In this document: positions 1 through 10,202 of the stretch, in pieces
How the letters are laid out: each line of letters opens with the position of its first letter
Position numbering within the stretch: the first letter of the stretch is position 1
Assembly (NCBI GenBank): GCA_964614865.1
Contig: CAZTNO010000001.1
Coordinates: forward strand, 1-44,638
Length of the DNA: 44,638 nt
Source of the DNA: an uncultured Clostridia bacterium
Lineage (GTDB): Bacteria; Acidobacteriota; Aminicenantia; UBA2199
Reading direction: 5' to 3'
Position numbers and translations under genes: made by a program
Notes under the pieces: generated by a model
Told to the model about the DNA's origin: nothing
Seen by the model: only the letters and a program-made list of their open reading frames with translations
Database searches by the model: none

Positions 1-1
1 C

Positions 2-784
2 TTTCTCTACACCGCGCCGGCGACCAACATCATGGCCATCCTCTTCACCGGCAGCGTGCTCGGATGGAGCTTTGCCCTGGCCCGCATCGTCCTTTCGGTG
101 ACCTTCGCCATCGTGATCGGGCTGATCATATCGGCCTTGTTCCGGGAAGAAGATGCCCAGGACGAGCGGAATGCCGTGGCCAGCATTGCCCAGGACGACT
201 CGCGCTCGGCGGATTCCCCGTCTTTTTTCCGAAAACACCGGCTTGTCGCCTTCTTCACCACCCTGGTGGCGATCCTGATCGTGGGCACCCGGGTCCGCGG
301 ATCGATGAAATACGCGATCGCCCTGGTGCTGATCGTCCTTCTCGTTGCCATGGCCAAATGGCTGTTCAGCTCCGACGAAGTCAAGGCCTGGCTCCTGGAA
401 ACCTGGATGTTCACCCGCAAGATATTCCCCCTGCTGCTGGCCGGAATCTTCATTGCCGGGGTCTTGACCAGGCTCCTGCCCCAGAACTTTCTGGCCACCT
501 TCATGGGCACCAATTCGGTGTCCGCCAACCTGGTCGCCGTCCTGTTCGGGGTGCTCATGTACTTTCCAACCCTGGTCGAGGTGCCGATGGCCAAGATGTT
601 TTTGGGGCTGGGTATGGCCAAGGGCCCCTTGCTGGCTTATCTGCTTGCCGACCCGGTGATCTCGCTGGCCAGCATCCTGGTGGTGCGCAAGTTTCTCGGC
701 AATAAGAGGACGGCGGTATACGTCGGTTTGATCGTGGTTTTCGCCACGATTTCGGGCCTCATCTATGGAGTGATCATCTCGTAG
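2..784 (+). CDS. Predicted permease, UPF0718/DUF318 family; N-terminus cut off by the window edge
   Basis: The frame is open from base 2 (FLYTAPATNI precedes the listed Met at 32). Multi-TM hydrophobic protein with the C-terminal segment GPLLAYLLADPVISLASILVVRKFLG, typical of this permease family. Confidence 0.65.
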   Translation, partial: FLYTAPATNIMAILFTGSVLGWSFALARIVLSVTFAIVIGLIISALFREEDAQDERNAVASIAQDDSRSADSPSFFRKHRLVAFFTTLVAILIVGTRVRGSMKYAIALVLIVLLVAMAKWLFSSDEVKAWLLETWMFTRKIFPLLLAGIFIAGVLTRLLPQNFLATFMGTNSVSANLVAVLFGVLMYFPTLVEVPMAKMFLGLGMAKGPLLAYLLADPVISLASILVVRKFLGNKRTAVYVGLIVVFATISGLIYGVIIS

Positions 785-827
785 CGGGGAGGTCGGTGGC
801 AGAGGCCAACAGGTGTACAATAGGGCC

Positions 828-1850
828 ATGAAACTGGATGAATTCGACTTCCCCCTGCCCCCCGAGCACATTGCCCGCTTTCCCGCCGACCGCCGCGACG
901 AATCGCGCCTGATGCGGTTCGATCGGGCCAGCGGTCGCGTCACCCACCATCTCTTCCGCGACCTCCCGGACCTGCTCGCCGGTGACGAGTTCCTGGTGGT
1001 CAACAACTCGCGGGTCGCCCCGGTCCGTTTTTTTGGCCGGGTGGGGGGGCGGGCGATCGAGTTCCTGGTGACCCGCGAGGAGGGAAGCGATGTCACCGAG
1101 GTGCTGGGCAAGCCGGGCAAGGCGCTGAAACCCGGCGCGGTGGTCGAGGTCTCCCCCGGGGTGACGGCGACGGTCATAGAGGTGCTGGCCTCGGGCAAGC
1201 GGCGCTTGCGCTGGAGCGTGCCCTTCGAAGGCGTTTCACCCTGCGGCTATGCCCCGTTGCCGCCCTACCTTCATCGAAACGCCGGGGAAGCGGCGCGCTT
1301 CCGCCAGTACGACCTCGACCGCTACCAGACCGTCTATGCCCGCTCGGGAAAATCGATCGCCGCCCCCACCGCCGGTTTGCACTTCACCCCCGAGTTGTTG
1401 GACCGAATCCGCCAGAAAAGCCCGGTGATCGAATTGACCCTCAACGTCGGCGAGGCCACCTTCCAGAAGATCGAAACCGAGTGCGTCGAGGACCACCGCA
1501 TGGGGAGAGAAATCATCACCCTGCCCCACGAAACGAGGCGGCGGATCCTGGCCTTCAAGGAAGAGGGGAAGAAGCTGCTGGCGGTAGGGACCACCTCGGT
1601 GCGCTCGCTGGAGACCTGGGCCCACGACCTGCCCGGCGAAGAGACCTTCCCCTCCGAGATTTTTATTTATCCGGGTTTTCAGTTCCAGCGGGTCGACCGC
1701 CTGGTGACCAACTTCCACTTGCCCAAGTCGAGCCTGTTCATCCTGACCGCCGCCTTTGCCGGCCTCGAAGGGCTCCAGCAGGCCTACAGGATCGCGGTTC
1801 AGGAGGGCTATCGCTTCTTCTCCTACGGCGATGCCATGCTGATCGTGTGA
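828..1850 (+). CDS. queA: S-adenosylmethionine:tRNA ribosyltransferase-isomerase
   Basis: MKLDEFDFPLPPEHIARFPADRRDESRLM...FLVVNNSRVAPVRFFG matches the QueA N-terminus, and the length is about right (340 aa). ATG 828 is preferred over the listed GTG 813 because TACAAT (816-821) lies 6 nt upstream. Confidence 0.9.
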   Translation: MKLDEFDFPLPPEHIARFPADRRDESRLMRFDRASGRVTHHLFRDLPDLLAGDEFLVVNNSRVAPVRFFGRVGGRAIEFLVTREEGSDVTEVLGKPGKALKPGAVVEVSPGVTATVIEVLASGKRRLRWSVPFEGVSPCGYAPLPPYLHRNAGEAARFRQYDLDRYQTVYARSGKSIAAPTAGLHFTPELLDRIRQKSPVIELTLNVGEATFQKIETECVEDHRMGREIITLPHETRRRILAFKEEGKKLLAVGTTSVRSLETWAHDLPGEETFPSEIFIYPGFQFQRVDRLVTNFHLPKSSLFILTAAFAGLEGLQQAYRIAVQEGYRFFSYGDAMLIV

Positions 1851-1869
1851 CGATTCAGCATGGCATCCA

Positions 1870-1904
1870 GCCGCGGTTGCGACCGTATTGCGGCCCCTTT
1901 TTTT
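1870..1904 (+). terminator. Weak intrinsic-terminator candidate after queA
   Basis: GCCGC (1870-1874) pairs with GCGGC (1890-1894), followed by CCC and a T7 run (1898-1904). It lies between convergent genes. The stem is short and the loop is 15 nt. Confidence 0.3.
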
Positions 1905-1908
1905 GGTT

Positions 1909-2469
1909 CTACTCGGCCTTGCCCTCGGGAGGCGGGCTGGGGAGGATTGCCCGCCGGGCGCCGTGCCGATCCCCCATCGATTTTGCCCCCTCCCTCTCCT
2001 GTTGCCGATTGCGGCGCAGCGCCTCGAGTTTTTTGATCTGCTCTGCGGTCAGGATGCCCCGCAGGTCGATCAGGTAGTTGAGGTGGTCCACTTGAAGGTC
2101 GGTGCGTGTGGCCCCCAGGTCGCGCGCCATCTTTTCCATCGCCTGGCGATCGATTTTCTGCTCTTTGAGCAGGGTGGCGAACTTCAGCTCCAGAATCTTG
2201 AGGTCGCCGCCGCGACGGATGGCCTTCTCCTCCCAGTTCAGCATCAGGGTTTCGATCTTCTTCTCCTGTTCGGGGGAGAGGCCGATCGCCTCCTTGTGGC
2301 GCAACAGGAAGCGGGCTTCGAACAGGTTGTTTTCCGCCATGTGCAAGCCGAACTTCATGCTGGCCAGGGCGGGCACCCCCGGGGCTCCGGGTGTGGCGTA
2401 TCCGGGCAGGACAAGCAGACCGAGGCCGAGGGCGATCCCCGTTGCCAATGCTGTGATTCGTTTATTCAT
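1909..2469 (-). CDS. Periplasmic Spy/CpxP-family (LTXXQ-type) protein
   Basis: Signal peptide MNKRITALATGIALGLGLLVLPGYA. Helical protein with repeated L(S/T)xEQ motifs (GLSPEQEKKI, ILTAEQIKKL). Last gene of the ECF sigma operon. Confidence 0.7.
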   Translation of the reverse strand: MNKRITALATGIALGLGLLVLPGYATPGAPGVPALASMKFGLHMAENNLFEARFLLRHKEAIGLSPEQEKKIETLMLNWEEKAIRRGGDLKILELKFATLLKEQKIDRQAMEKMARDLGATRTDLQVDHLNYLIDLRGILTAEQIKKLEALRRNRQQEREGAKSMGDRHGARRAILPSPPPEGKAE

Positions 2470-2947
2470 GATGACCTCCTTGGTCAGATTCGGGACCGAA
2501 ACGAAACCATTCGCGACTCAGCCGGTAGAGGAGGCGCAGCCGTTGCTGGCTGTCCAGCACCCCCCCCGCCTGCAGCAGCAGATCCGCGAATCGCTGGTTG
2601 AGCGCCTTTTCCAGCTCGTTGAGTTCACCGACCATGGTGCGCACGGTGTCGGCATCGTAGTCGGGGCGGCCGAGTTCCTCGATGATGGCCACCCGTTGAT
2701 CCATGATGTCTTCGCGGATCGGGATCGAGTCCACCTTGTAGCTTCGCACCATCTCCTGCAGCGCCTGGCGCTGCGAAGCCCGGATGTCGAGGTCGGGGGG
2801 GAGCTCTACCTGCCGGTCTACCGGCGGAGGGGGGTGGGGCCGCCGGCGGAAGCTGGCCCGCCGGTGGTCGCACAGGGCCAGGGCCAGGGCGACGTTGATC
2901 GCCAGCGAGGCCAGCAGCAGGGCCAGGATCAGGCGTGGGCGGGTCAT
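2462..2947 (-). CDS. Periplasmic heavy-metal-sensor / Spy-CpxP-like protein with an N-terminal membrane anchor
   Basis: N-terminal TM MTRPRLILALLLASLAINVALALAL, then a helical region with LTXXQ-like motifs (IRASQRQAL, LDSQQRLRL). Overlaps both neighbours (8 nt and 4 nt). Confidence 0.6.
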   Translation of the reverse strand: MTRPRLILALLLASLAINVALALALCDHRRASFRRRPHPPPPVDRQVELPPDLDIRASQRQALQEMVRSYKVDSIPIREDIMDQRVAIIEELGRPDYDADTVRTMVGELNELEKALNQRFADLLLQAGGVLDSQQRLRLLYRLSREWFRFGPESDQGGHHE

Positions 2948-3396
2948 TTGCCTGCTCCGAGGGCCTGCAGGGTAGTGGACTCGATGCCGGCCAGCAGCGA
3001 TTGTCCGGGTTCCTCGAGCAGCATGGTCAGGCGGATCGGCTCAGGCCCGGCGGCCGCCGCGGCGATCACCGGGGGGGTGGGCCGGGGCAGCGCCATCCAG
3101 GAGAGGGCGAATACCAGCAAGAACAACGCGGCGTAGGCGGCGATTTCGGGCAACAGGGCGAAGCGGGATCGGGCCCGCAGGGGGAGGGCTCCCATTACCC
3201 GCAGGGTCAGGTCGACGGGGCGACCAGAGAGCGGGGGGGATGCCCGCAAGCGCCCCTGCAAGCCCTGATAGGAGGCCAACTGCCGGCGACAATCGGGGCA
3301 AAGGTCGAGGTGGGCCCGGATCGCCTCCCTTTCCCGAGAGGGGCACTCGTCATCCAGCCAGCAACTCAACTTCGGTTGGACCTTGCGGCACTTCAT
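2944..3396 (-). CDS. Anti-sigma factor (zf-HC2 type)
   Basis: MKCRKVQPKLSCWLDDECPSREREAIRAHLDLCPDCRRQL carries the H-x3-C-x2-C zinc motif, followed by a TM segment. ATG at 3396 overlaps the sigma factor stop (ATGA). The listed ORF start at 3507 lies inside the sigma gene. Confidence 0.8.
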   Translation of the reverse strand: MKCRKVQPKLSCWLDDECPSREREAIRAHLDLCPDCRRQLASYQGLQGRLRASPPLSGRPVDLTLRVMGALPLRARSRFALLPEIAAYAALFLLVFALSWMALPRPTPPVIAAAAAGPEPIRLTMLLEEPGQSLLAGIESTTLQALGAGK

Positions 3397-3995
3397 TGTT
3401 TTGTCTCCTGGGATACAACACTCGCGGGGGGCGGTTCTTGCGCCAGCCATTCGATCAGGTTCTGGCGGGCCCGGAATATCAGCGACTCGATCTTGGGGGT
3501 TCGCCAACCGGTGATCTCCCCGATCTGTTCGTAGGAAAACTCCAGGTAAACCTTCAGGATCAACGCCAGGCGCTGGTTTTCCGGCAAGCGGCGCAGGGCT
3601 TCGTTCAGCATGGCGTCCTGTCTGCTGCGGGTGAATTCCTCTTCGGGGCCGGGGCCATCGTCGGCGATTTGCCGGGGTTCCCGCTCGTCGTCGTCCCCCA
3701 GCCGGGAGAACAGGGTGACCCGGCGGTGGTGCTTCAACCAGTTGAGGGCGTGGTTTTTGGCGGCCCGGAACAGGAACGGGGCGAACCGCCCTTCGGGCCG
3801 GTAGCGTGGCAGGGCGCGATAGACGGCGATGAAGGTGTCCTGGGTCAGGCTCATGGCTTCGTCCCGGTCCTGGATCATCCGCTCGATCAGGCCCGCCAGT
3901 CGTTGCTGATAGCGTTCCACCAGCAGGGCGTAGTCCTGGACCCGTCCCGACTGGACGGCGGCAACGATTTCGTCATCGCTGAGAGGTAGGGGCAT
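3393..3995 (-). CDS. ECF (sigma-70 group 4) RNA polymerase sigma factor
   Basis: Region 2 (DEAMSLTQDTFIAVYRALPRYR...FLFRAAKNHALNWLKHH) and region 4 (LPENQRLALILKVYLEFSYEQIGEITGWRTPKIESLIFRARQNL) are both recognisable. Confidence 0.9.
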   Translation of the reverse strand: MPLPLSDDEIVAAVQSGRVQDYALLVERYQQRLAGLIERMIQDRDEAMSLTQDTFIAVYRALPRYRPEGRFAPFLFRAAKNHALNWLKHHRRVTLFSRLGDDDEREPRQIADDGPGPEEEFTRSRQDAMLNEALRRLPENQRLALILKVYLEFSYEQIGEITGWRTPKIESLIFRARQNLIEWLAQEPPPASVVSQETKQ

Positions 3996-4040
3996 CGGTC
4001 GGGTTAACCCCTCAGCGGCCCCGATCTTGCGGTGGCACGG

Positions 4041-4580
4041 TCAACCGAGCAGGATGCGGACGGCGGTGGGCAGGTCGGGCACGACGAGACCCGCGGGGGA
4101 GAGGCCGGGGGGAGGGGGTTTTTCGGCCAGGAGTACGGTGCGGCAACCGCAGGTGTTGCCGGCCTCGACGTCGCGCGGCGAATCGCCGATCATGATGCTG
4201 GCTTTCAAGTCGAGGTCGAGGTCGGCTGCCGCCGCCAGCAGCATGCCCGGGGCCGGCTTGCGCCAGGGATGGTCTTTGCGGTAGGCGGGCACCGAACCCT
4301 CGGGGTGAAAGGGGCAATAGTAGAAAGCGTCGATGGCGGCCCCCTGTCCAGCCAATTCGGCTGCCAGCTGACGGTGGATTTCGCCGACCTGCTCTTCCGA
4401 GCAGAGCCCGCGGGCCACCGCCGACTGGTTGGTCACCACCACCAGCAAAAAGCCTGCCTGGCGCAGCCGGGCCAGCGCCGGGGCCACCCCCGGCAAAAGT
4501 CGGACCCGCGCCCAATCGCAGACGTATCCCGAGTCTTCGATCAAGGTGCCGTCGCGATCGAGAAAGATGGCGGGTCTCAT
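4041..4580 (-). CDS. gmhB: D-glycero-beta-D-manno-heptose-1,7-bisphosphate 7-phosphatase (HAD-IIIA)
   Basis: FLDRDGTLIED (DxDGT nucleophile motif), VVVTNQSAVARG, CPFHPEG and GDSPRDVEAG motifs. The start overlaps the upstream heptosyltransferase stop. Confidence 0.85.
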   Translation of the reverse strand: MRPAIFLDRDGTLIEDSGYVCDWARVRLLPGVAPALARLRQAGFLLVVVTNQSAVARGLCSEEQVGEIHRQLAAELAGQGAAIDAFYYCPFHPEGSVPAYRKDHPWRKPAPGMLLAAAADLDLDLKASIMIGDSPRDVEAGNTCGCRTVLLAEKPPPPGLSPAGLVVPDLPTAVRILLG

Positions 4581-5593
4581 CGACTGCCAACCAGCATCCG
4601 GTCGATCGCTTCCGCCACTTCGGCGACCGTGATCGCCGTCATGCAGCGGTGATCGGACGGGCAGGTGCGGTGGCGACAGGGGGCGCAGTCGGTGGGGTGG
4701 TGCAGGAGTTCCTGGCGACGGGACCGGGGGGCGGTGGCCGCCGGGTCGGTGGGGCCGAACAGGGTGACCAGCGGGACGCGCAGGCTGGAGGCGACATGGG
4801 CCAATCCCGAATCGTTGGCCAGAAAAACGTGGCAGCGGGATATCAGGGCAATCGAAGTGCGCAGGGGGAGTTTGCCGGTGAAATCGATGCCGCCGGGAAC
4901 ACCCGCGGTCAGGGCGGCGTTTGCCGGGCGTTCCCCGGAGGAACCGAAGACCAGGATGCGCAGCCCGGGGTGGCGACGGGCGGTTTCCGAAAGGAGCTGC
5001 CGGAACCGTGCTGCCGGCCAGGCTTTGGCCGAACCGAAAGCGGCCCCGGGGGCCACCCCGAGCAGGGGGGCATCGGCGGCGACCCCCGCGCCGGCCAGCA
5101 GGCTATCCGCCGTCGTCGCCTCGACGGCAGGAACGGTCAGCCGGTCGTCGTCTTCGTGCGGGGTCAGCGGAGTCCCGGCCAGGGCTTCGGCCAGGTGCAG
5201 GTAATGGTGGAAGAAGGGGCCGCCCGAGGCGGGAAAGCGGACCGGGTGGGCCAGCAGGAATGTCCTTCCGTCGCGGGCGGTGCCGGTCAGTTCGGCGATG
5301 CCGGCCGAGCGGAACAACAAGGCGGAGGAGAGCGAGTTGGGGAGCAGCAAACCCTGCCGGCAACCCGCGCTGCGGATCCGGCGGGCGCTTTCGAGAAAAG
5401 TGGGGAACGAAGAGGGGCGGGGAATCGAGAGCACCCGGGCGATATCGGGGGCGCTGCCGTAGAGATCGGCCAGATAGTCGAGGGCCACCAGTACGATCTC
5501 TTCCCCGGGAAGGGCGCGGCGCAGGGCCCGCAGGGCCGGCAGCGCCATCACCCCATCGCCGATCCAGTTGGGAACGCGGATGGCCAGTGACAT
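4577..5593 (-). CDS. Glycosyltransferase family 9 (ADP-heptose:LPS heptosyltransferase)
   Basis: N-terminal IRVPNWIGDGVMALPALRALRRALP and C-terminal FLANDSGLAHVASSL...LFGPTDP are GT9 hallmarks. I cannot tell whether it is heptosyltransferase I, II or another type. Confidence 0.8.
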   Translation of the reverse strand: MSLAIRVPNWIGDGVMALPALRALRRALPGEEIVLVALDYLADLYGSAPDIARVLSIPRPSSFPTFLESARRIRSAGCRQGLLLPNSLSSALLFRSAGIAELTGTARDGRTFLLAHPVRFPASGGPFFHHYLHLAEALAGTPLTPHEDDDRLTVPAVEATTADSLLAGAGVAADAPLLGVAPGAAFGSAKAWPAARFRQLLSETARRHPGLRILVFGSSGERPANAALTAGVPGGIDFTGKLPLRTSIALISRCHVFLANDSGLAHVASSLRVPLVTLFGPTDPAATAPRSRRQELLHHPTDCAPCRHRTCPSDHRCMTAITVAEVAEAIDRMLVGSR

Positions 5594-5600
5594 GGCCGAA

Positions 5601-5951
5601 TCAGACCGTCTCTTCCTCCTCCATCGGAACCGGCTTCACTTCTTCGTCGGTCTCGGTCTCGGTGGTGTCCTGGATGGAGTGGAGGGTGGCCAGCATGTCT
5701 TCCGACTCTTTGGCCAGGGGGTCGGCGGCCAGCAGGGCGGCGGCGGCTTCGGCCTCCAGTTGACGGCTCTCTTCCTCGCGAAGGAGATCGTAGGTGATCT
5801 TGCCTTGGTCGAATTCCTCGAAGGCCGCGGCCAGGGGGTTGTCGGACTTGATGTCGACCCGCTTTTTGGAACCGCGGATCAGCTGTTTCGCCCTTCGGGC
5901 GATCAAAAGGACTTTCCTGAATTTACTGTCAACGCCTTTGATTTCCTGCAC
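5601..5951 (-). CDS. rpoZ: DNA-directed RNA polymerase subunit omega with a long acidic C-terminal tail
   Basis: Core VDSKFRKVLLIARRAKQLIRGSKKRV matches RpoZ. GTG 5951 has a GAGGAGG Shine-Dalgarno 8 nt upstream. The listed TTG start at 6008 coincides with the -35 box of the promoter. Confidence 0.8.
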   Translation of the reverse strand: MQEIKGVDSKFRKVLLIARRAKQLIRGSKKRVDIKSDNPLAAAFEEFDQGKITYDLLREEESRQLEAEAAAALLAADPLAKESEDMLATLHSIQDTTETETDEEVKPVPMEEEETV

Positions 5952-5979
5952 GGATGGCTCCTCCTCTGAGGCGCCGGGA

Positions 5980-6008
5980 ATTATACCAGAGAAAAGAGGT
6001 CTTGCCAA
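5980..6008 (-). promoter_or_regulatory. Sigma70-type promoter for rpoZ-heptosyltransferase-gmhB
   Basis: Minus strand reads TTGGCA (6008-6003), 17 nt spacer, TATAAT (5985-5980). Confidence 0.5.
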
Positions 6009-6132
6009 ATGGCGGGCCCGAATCGTTCCTGGTTTTTCCGCCCGTGGTCCTGTCGCTTGACAGGGGGGGATCTGCCAAGGTAAGGTTAGCCAGATCTGCT
6101 GAGGTGCCGATGATCCTGGCGATGGAGCGATC

Positions 6133-7998
6133 GTGGACCTGCTGAGCGAAAACCGGAGAGCCCTGGCGGCCCTCCACCCCCAACTGGCCCAAACCCTGGA
6201 CAGCTTGCCTCCGTCGCCCTACCGCCTCGAGCCCAGTCGACAGGGGCCGCCCACCGTTCGCTACGGCCCCCCCGACCGGGCCGTCTACCTCCATTCCCGT
6301 TTCGATCCGCAAGGCGAAGCGGAAAAAATCGTGGTCGCGGCGGGGCTGACCTCGGAGCATATCGTGGTGCTCGGTCTGGGGCTCGGCTATTCGCTGATGG
6401 AGGTGCTGGCAAGGAAGCCGGTAGGCGCCCGGGTGCTGCTGGTGGAGCCCGATCTCGAACTGGTCCGTCTGTCGCTGGCCACCATTCCCTGGGGGGAACT
6501 GCTGAAACGCGACGATTTGGTGCTGGCCCTGGGTTCGGGGCCCGAGGCGATCGGCAGGGCCGTTTCGACCTTTGTCCAGCTGGTCACCTTCGAGAAAATC
6601 GAAACCATCGAGCTTTCGCCGGAAGTGCGGCTGGCCGAAACCGAGTTCGCCCGGGCCCGGCAGGTGATCGACGCCGAGATCCGCACCCTGCTGATCGATT
6701 TCCAGACCCGCCTGGCCGAAGACTCGATCATCCCCCGCAACATGCTCGGCAATTTGCCTTGCGCCTTGGATAACCGCCCCCTGGCTGCCTTGCGGGGAAA
6801 ATTTGTCGGGGTGCCCGGCATCATCGTTGCCGCCGGCCCCTCGCTCGACCAGAACGTGCTCGAGCTTCGCCGGGTGAACGACCGGGCCGTGGTGATCGCC
6901 GTAGATACCGCGTTAATACCGCTGCTGGCCCGGGGCATCCAGCCGCATTTCACGGTGGTGGCCGACCCTTCGTACAAGAATTACTCGCACTTGCTGGGCA
7001 CGGGGGGGCAGGTCCGCCATTTCGTGGTGGCCACCATGGGGGTGGCCCCCCGGGTGTTTGCCGATTTTTCCGGCCGCCTGTTCACCGGGGTGCTGGAAAA
7101 CCCGTTGGCCCGGATGATCGAGGCCGCCTGCGGCCCGATCGGTCGGGTCCAGGCCTGGGGCTCGGTGATCAGCATGGCGCTCGACGTCGCCGTGCAACTC
7201 GGCCTCGACCCGATCGTCTTCATCGGCCAGGACTTCGCCTTCACCGGCATGCGCAACCACTGCCGCCACACCTCCTGGGAAGAGACGTGGCTGGCCAGCA
7301 ATCCCGATCCCGACCTCCTGGAGCGCAAAGAGCGCGAGTCGATTGTCGGCTCGGGGCGGATGGTGGAGGCGCCCGACCTGTACGGCCGTTTGACCTACTC
7401 TTCGGAGCGGCTGGTCCTGTACAAGAACTTTTTGCTCAAGCTGCTGCGGGAGGTGCCCGGGCGGCGGTTCATCAACGCTTCGGAGGGAGGCATCCTGACC
7501 GAAATCGAGTCCCGATCGCTGACCTGGGTGCTGCGCGAATTCGTCACGAAGCGAGCACCCCTCGACCTTTCCTGGCTGTCGAAACTTCCCGAATGGGGCA
7601 CCGCCAGGAACAGGCGCCAGTTGCTGGTCGTGATCCGCAGCAAAACGTCTTTCTTTGCCCGCTACCAACGGCGGGTAACCGAGGTCGCCGGCGAATTGCG
7701 CTCGTCTCCGCTCCCCGTCGGGGCGGCCCTCGATCGTTTGCTGGCCAAGGCCGAGCGGGTGAAAGGTCAGCTCTACGAATTGCCGGAAAACGGCGAATTG
7801 CTGGAGATGTGGTCGCAAAGCCCGATCTTCCACCTGCTGAAACGCATCCACCAGGCCAACCAGCGCGGGGGTGATCCCGGCGAAACGCTCCTCATCTACC
7901 AGGAATACTTCGACCGGCTCGCCCCGCTGCTGGCCAAGGTGGGGGCTGCGCTGCTGCGAGCGGAGCGGGAACTGGCAGCTCCGGGAAACCTCCGTTGA
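6133..7998 (+). CDS. DUF115 / motility-accessory-factor (Maf)-like glycosyltransferase family protein (MptE-like domain)
   Basis: N-terminal LSENRRALAALHPQLAQ and the central block GIIVAAGPSLDQN...VIAVDTALIPLLARGIQPHFTVVADP are typical of the DUF115 Maf family. GTG start. Confidence 0.65.
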   Translation: MDLLSENRRALAALHPQLAQTLDSLPPSPYRLEPSRQGPPTVRYGPPDRAVYLHSRFDPQGEAEKIVVAAGLTSEHIVVLGLGLGYSLMEVLARKPVGARVLLVEPDLELVRLSLATIPWGELLKRDDLVLALGSGPEAIGRAVSTFVQLVTFEKIETIELSPEVRLAETEFARARQVIDAEIRTLLIDFQTRLAEDSIIPRNMLGNLPCALDNRPLAALRGKFVGVPGIIVAAGPSLDQNVLELRRVNDRAVVIAVDTALIPLLARGIQPHFTVVADPSYKNYSHLLGTGGQVRHFVVATMGVAPRVFADFSGRLFTGVLENPLARMIEAACGPIGRVQAWGSVISMALDVAVQLGLDPIVFIGQDFAFTGMRNHCRHTSWEETWLASNPDPDLLERKERESIVGSGRMVEAPDLYGRLTYSSERLVLYKNFLLKLLREVPGRRFINASEGGILTEIESRSLTWVLREFVTKRAPLDLSWLSKLPEWGTARNRRQLLVVIRSKTSFFARYQRRVTEVAGELRSSPLPVGAALDRLLAKAERVKGQLYELPENGELLEMWSQSPIFHLLKRIHQANQRGGDPGETLLIYQEYFDRLAPLLAKVGAALLRAERELAAPGNLR

Positions 7999-8027
7999 TC
8001 CGGCGGCGTGGAGATCCTCCGTTTTGC

Positions 8028-8056
8028 TTGTCAAACCGGTGGAAGTACGGTAAGAT
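8028..8056 (+). promoter_or_regulatory. Sigma70-type promoter candidate for thiC
   Basis: TTGTCA (8028-8033), 17 nt spacer, TAAGAT (8051-8056). The ATG is 15 nt downstream. Confidence 0.4.
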
Positions 8057-8071
8057 GACGGGCAAATCAAG

Positions 8072-9360
<1,289 letters not shown>

Positions 9361-9364
<4 letters not shown>

Positions 9365-10200
9365 CCGGCACTTTCCTCGGCGTGCGGGGGAGTTACCCCG
9401 TTTCGGGGAGGGGGGTCGCCCGGATCGGTGGCAACTCGAGTTCACTGCGGATCGACGGGGAGAACGTCTCCCTGTTTCTCGACGCCGGCTCGGGGATCAT
9501 CGCCGAAGGGGCCCGCTGGGTGGAATCGGGCGATTCCGAGTTGCACATCTTCCTGACCCATCTGCACTTCGACCACATCATGGGGCTGCCCTTCTTTGCC
9601 CCGGTGTTTTCCCCCCGTTTCCACATCCACTTCCATGCGCCGCAAAACCCGGCTGCCCCCTTGCAGAAGTCGATCGAGTCGCTCTTTCTCCCCCCCTATT
9701 CGCCGATCACCCTGGCTGGCATCCGGGCCACCCTGGAGTACCACGAGTTCGACCCCGCGACTCCTTTCGAGTGGCGATTCAACGAGCGGGTCCGCGTCCT
9801 GGCGCGCATGAATCACGATGGCGACCTGCTGGGGGTCGCGGTCTACCGGGTCGAGGTGGGGCGGGCCTCGGTGGTCTATGCCACCGATGTCGAGGTACCG
9901 CAGGGGTTTGCCGGGCCGGTGCACCAGCTGGCCTCCGGCGCCGATGTGTTGATCCACGATTCGCAGTATCTCCCGGCCGATTACCAGGATCCGCTGGCCC
10001 CCAAGCAAGGGTACGGCCACAGCACGGTGCACATGGCCACCGGCAACGCCCTGGCCTGCCGGGTGAAACGCCTCTACCTGTTCCACTTCGACCCCAGGTA
10101 CGACGACACCGCGCTGCGGGGGATGCTTGCCACGGCGCGTACGATTTTTCCGCGCACCTTTCTGGCGCGCGAACGGCATAAATTCAGCCTAAGGAGTTAG
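9361..10200 (+). CDS. MBL-fold metallo-hydrolase
   Basis: Begins [13 protein letters not shown]. HxHxDH motif within [16 protein letters not shown] 9361 overlaps the thiC stop (ATGA). The listed start at 9049 lies inside thiC. Confidence 0.75.
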
Positions 10201-10202
10201 CA

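Noticed and set aside
7999-8071. An expected TPP (THI-box) riboswitch upstream of thiC
   Set aside because: The region is too short for the aptamer. Neither it nor the adjacent upstream sequence I examined (about 7900-7998) contains the conserved CUGAGA core. It is occupied by promoter-like hexamers instead. A covariance-model scan would be needed for certainty.
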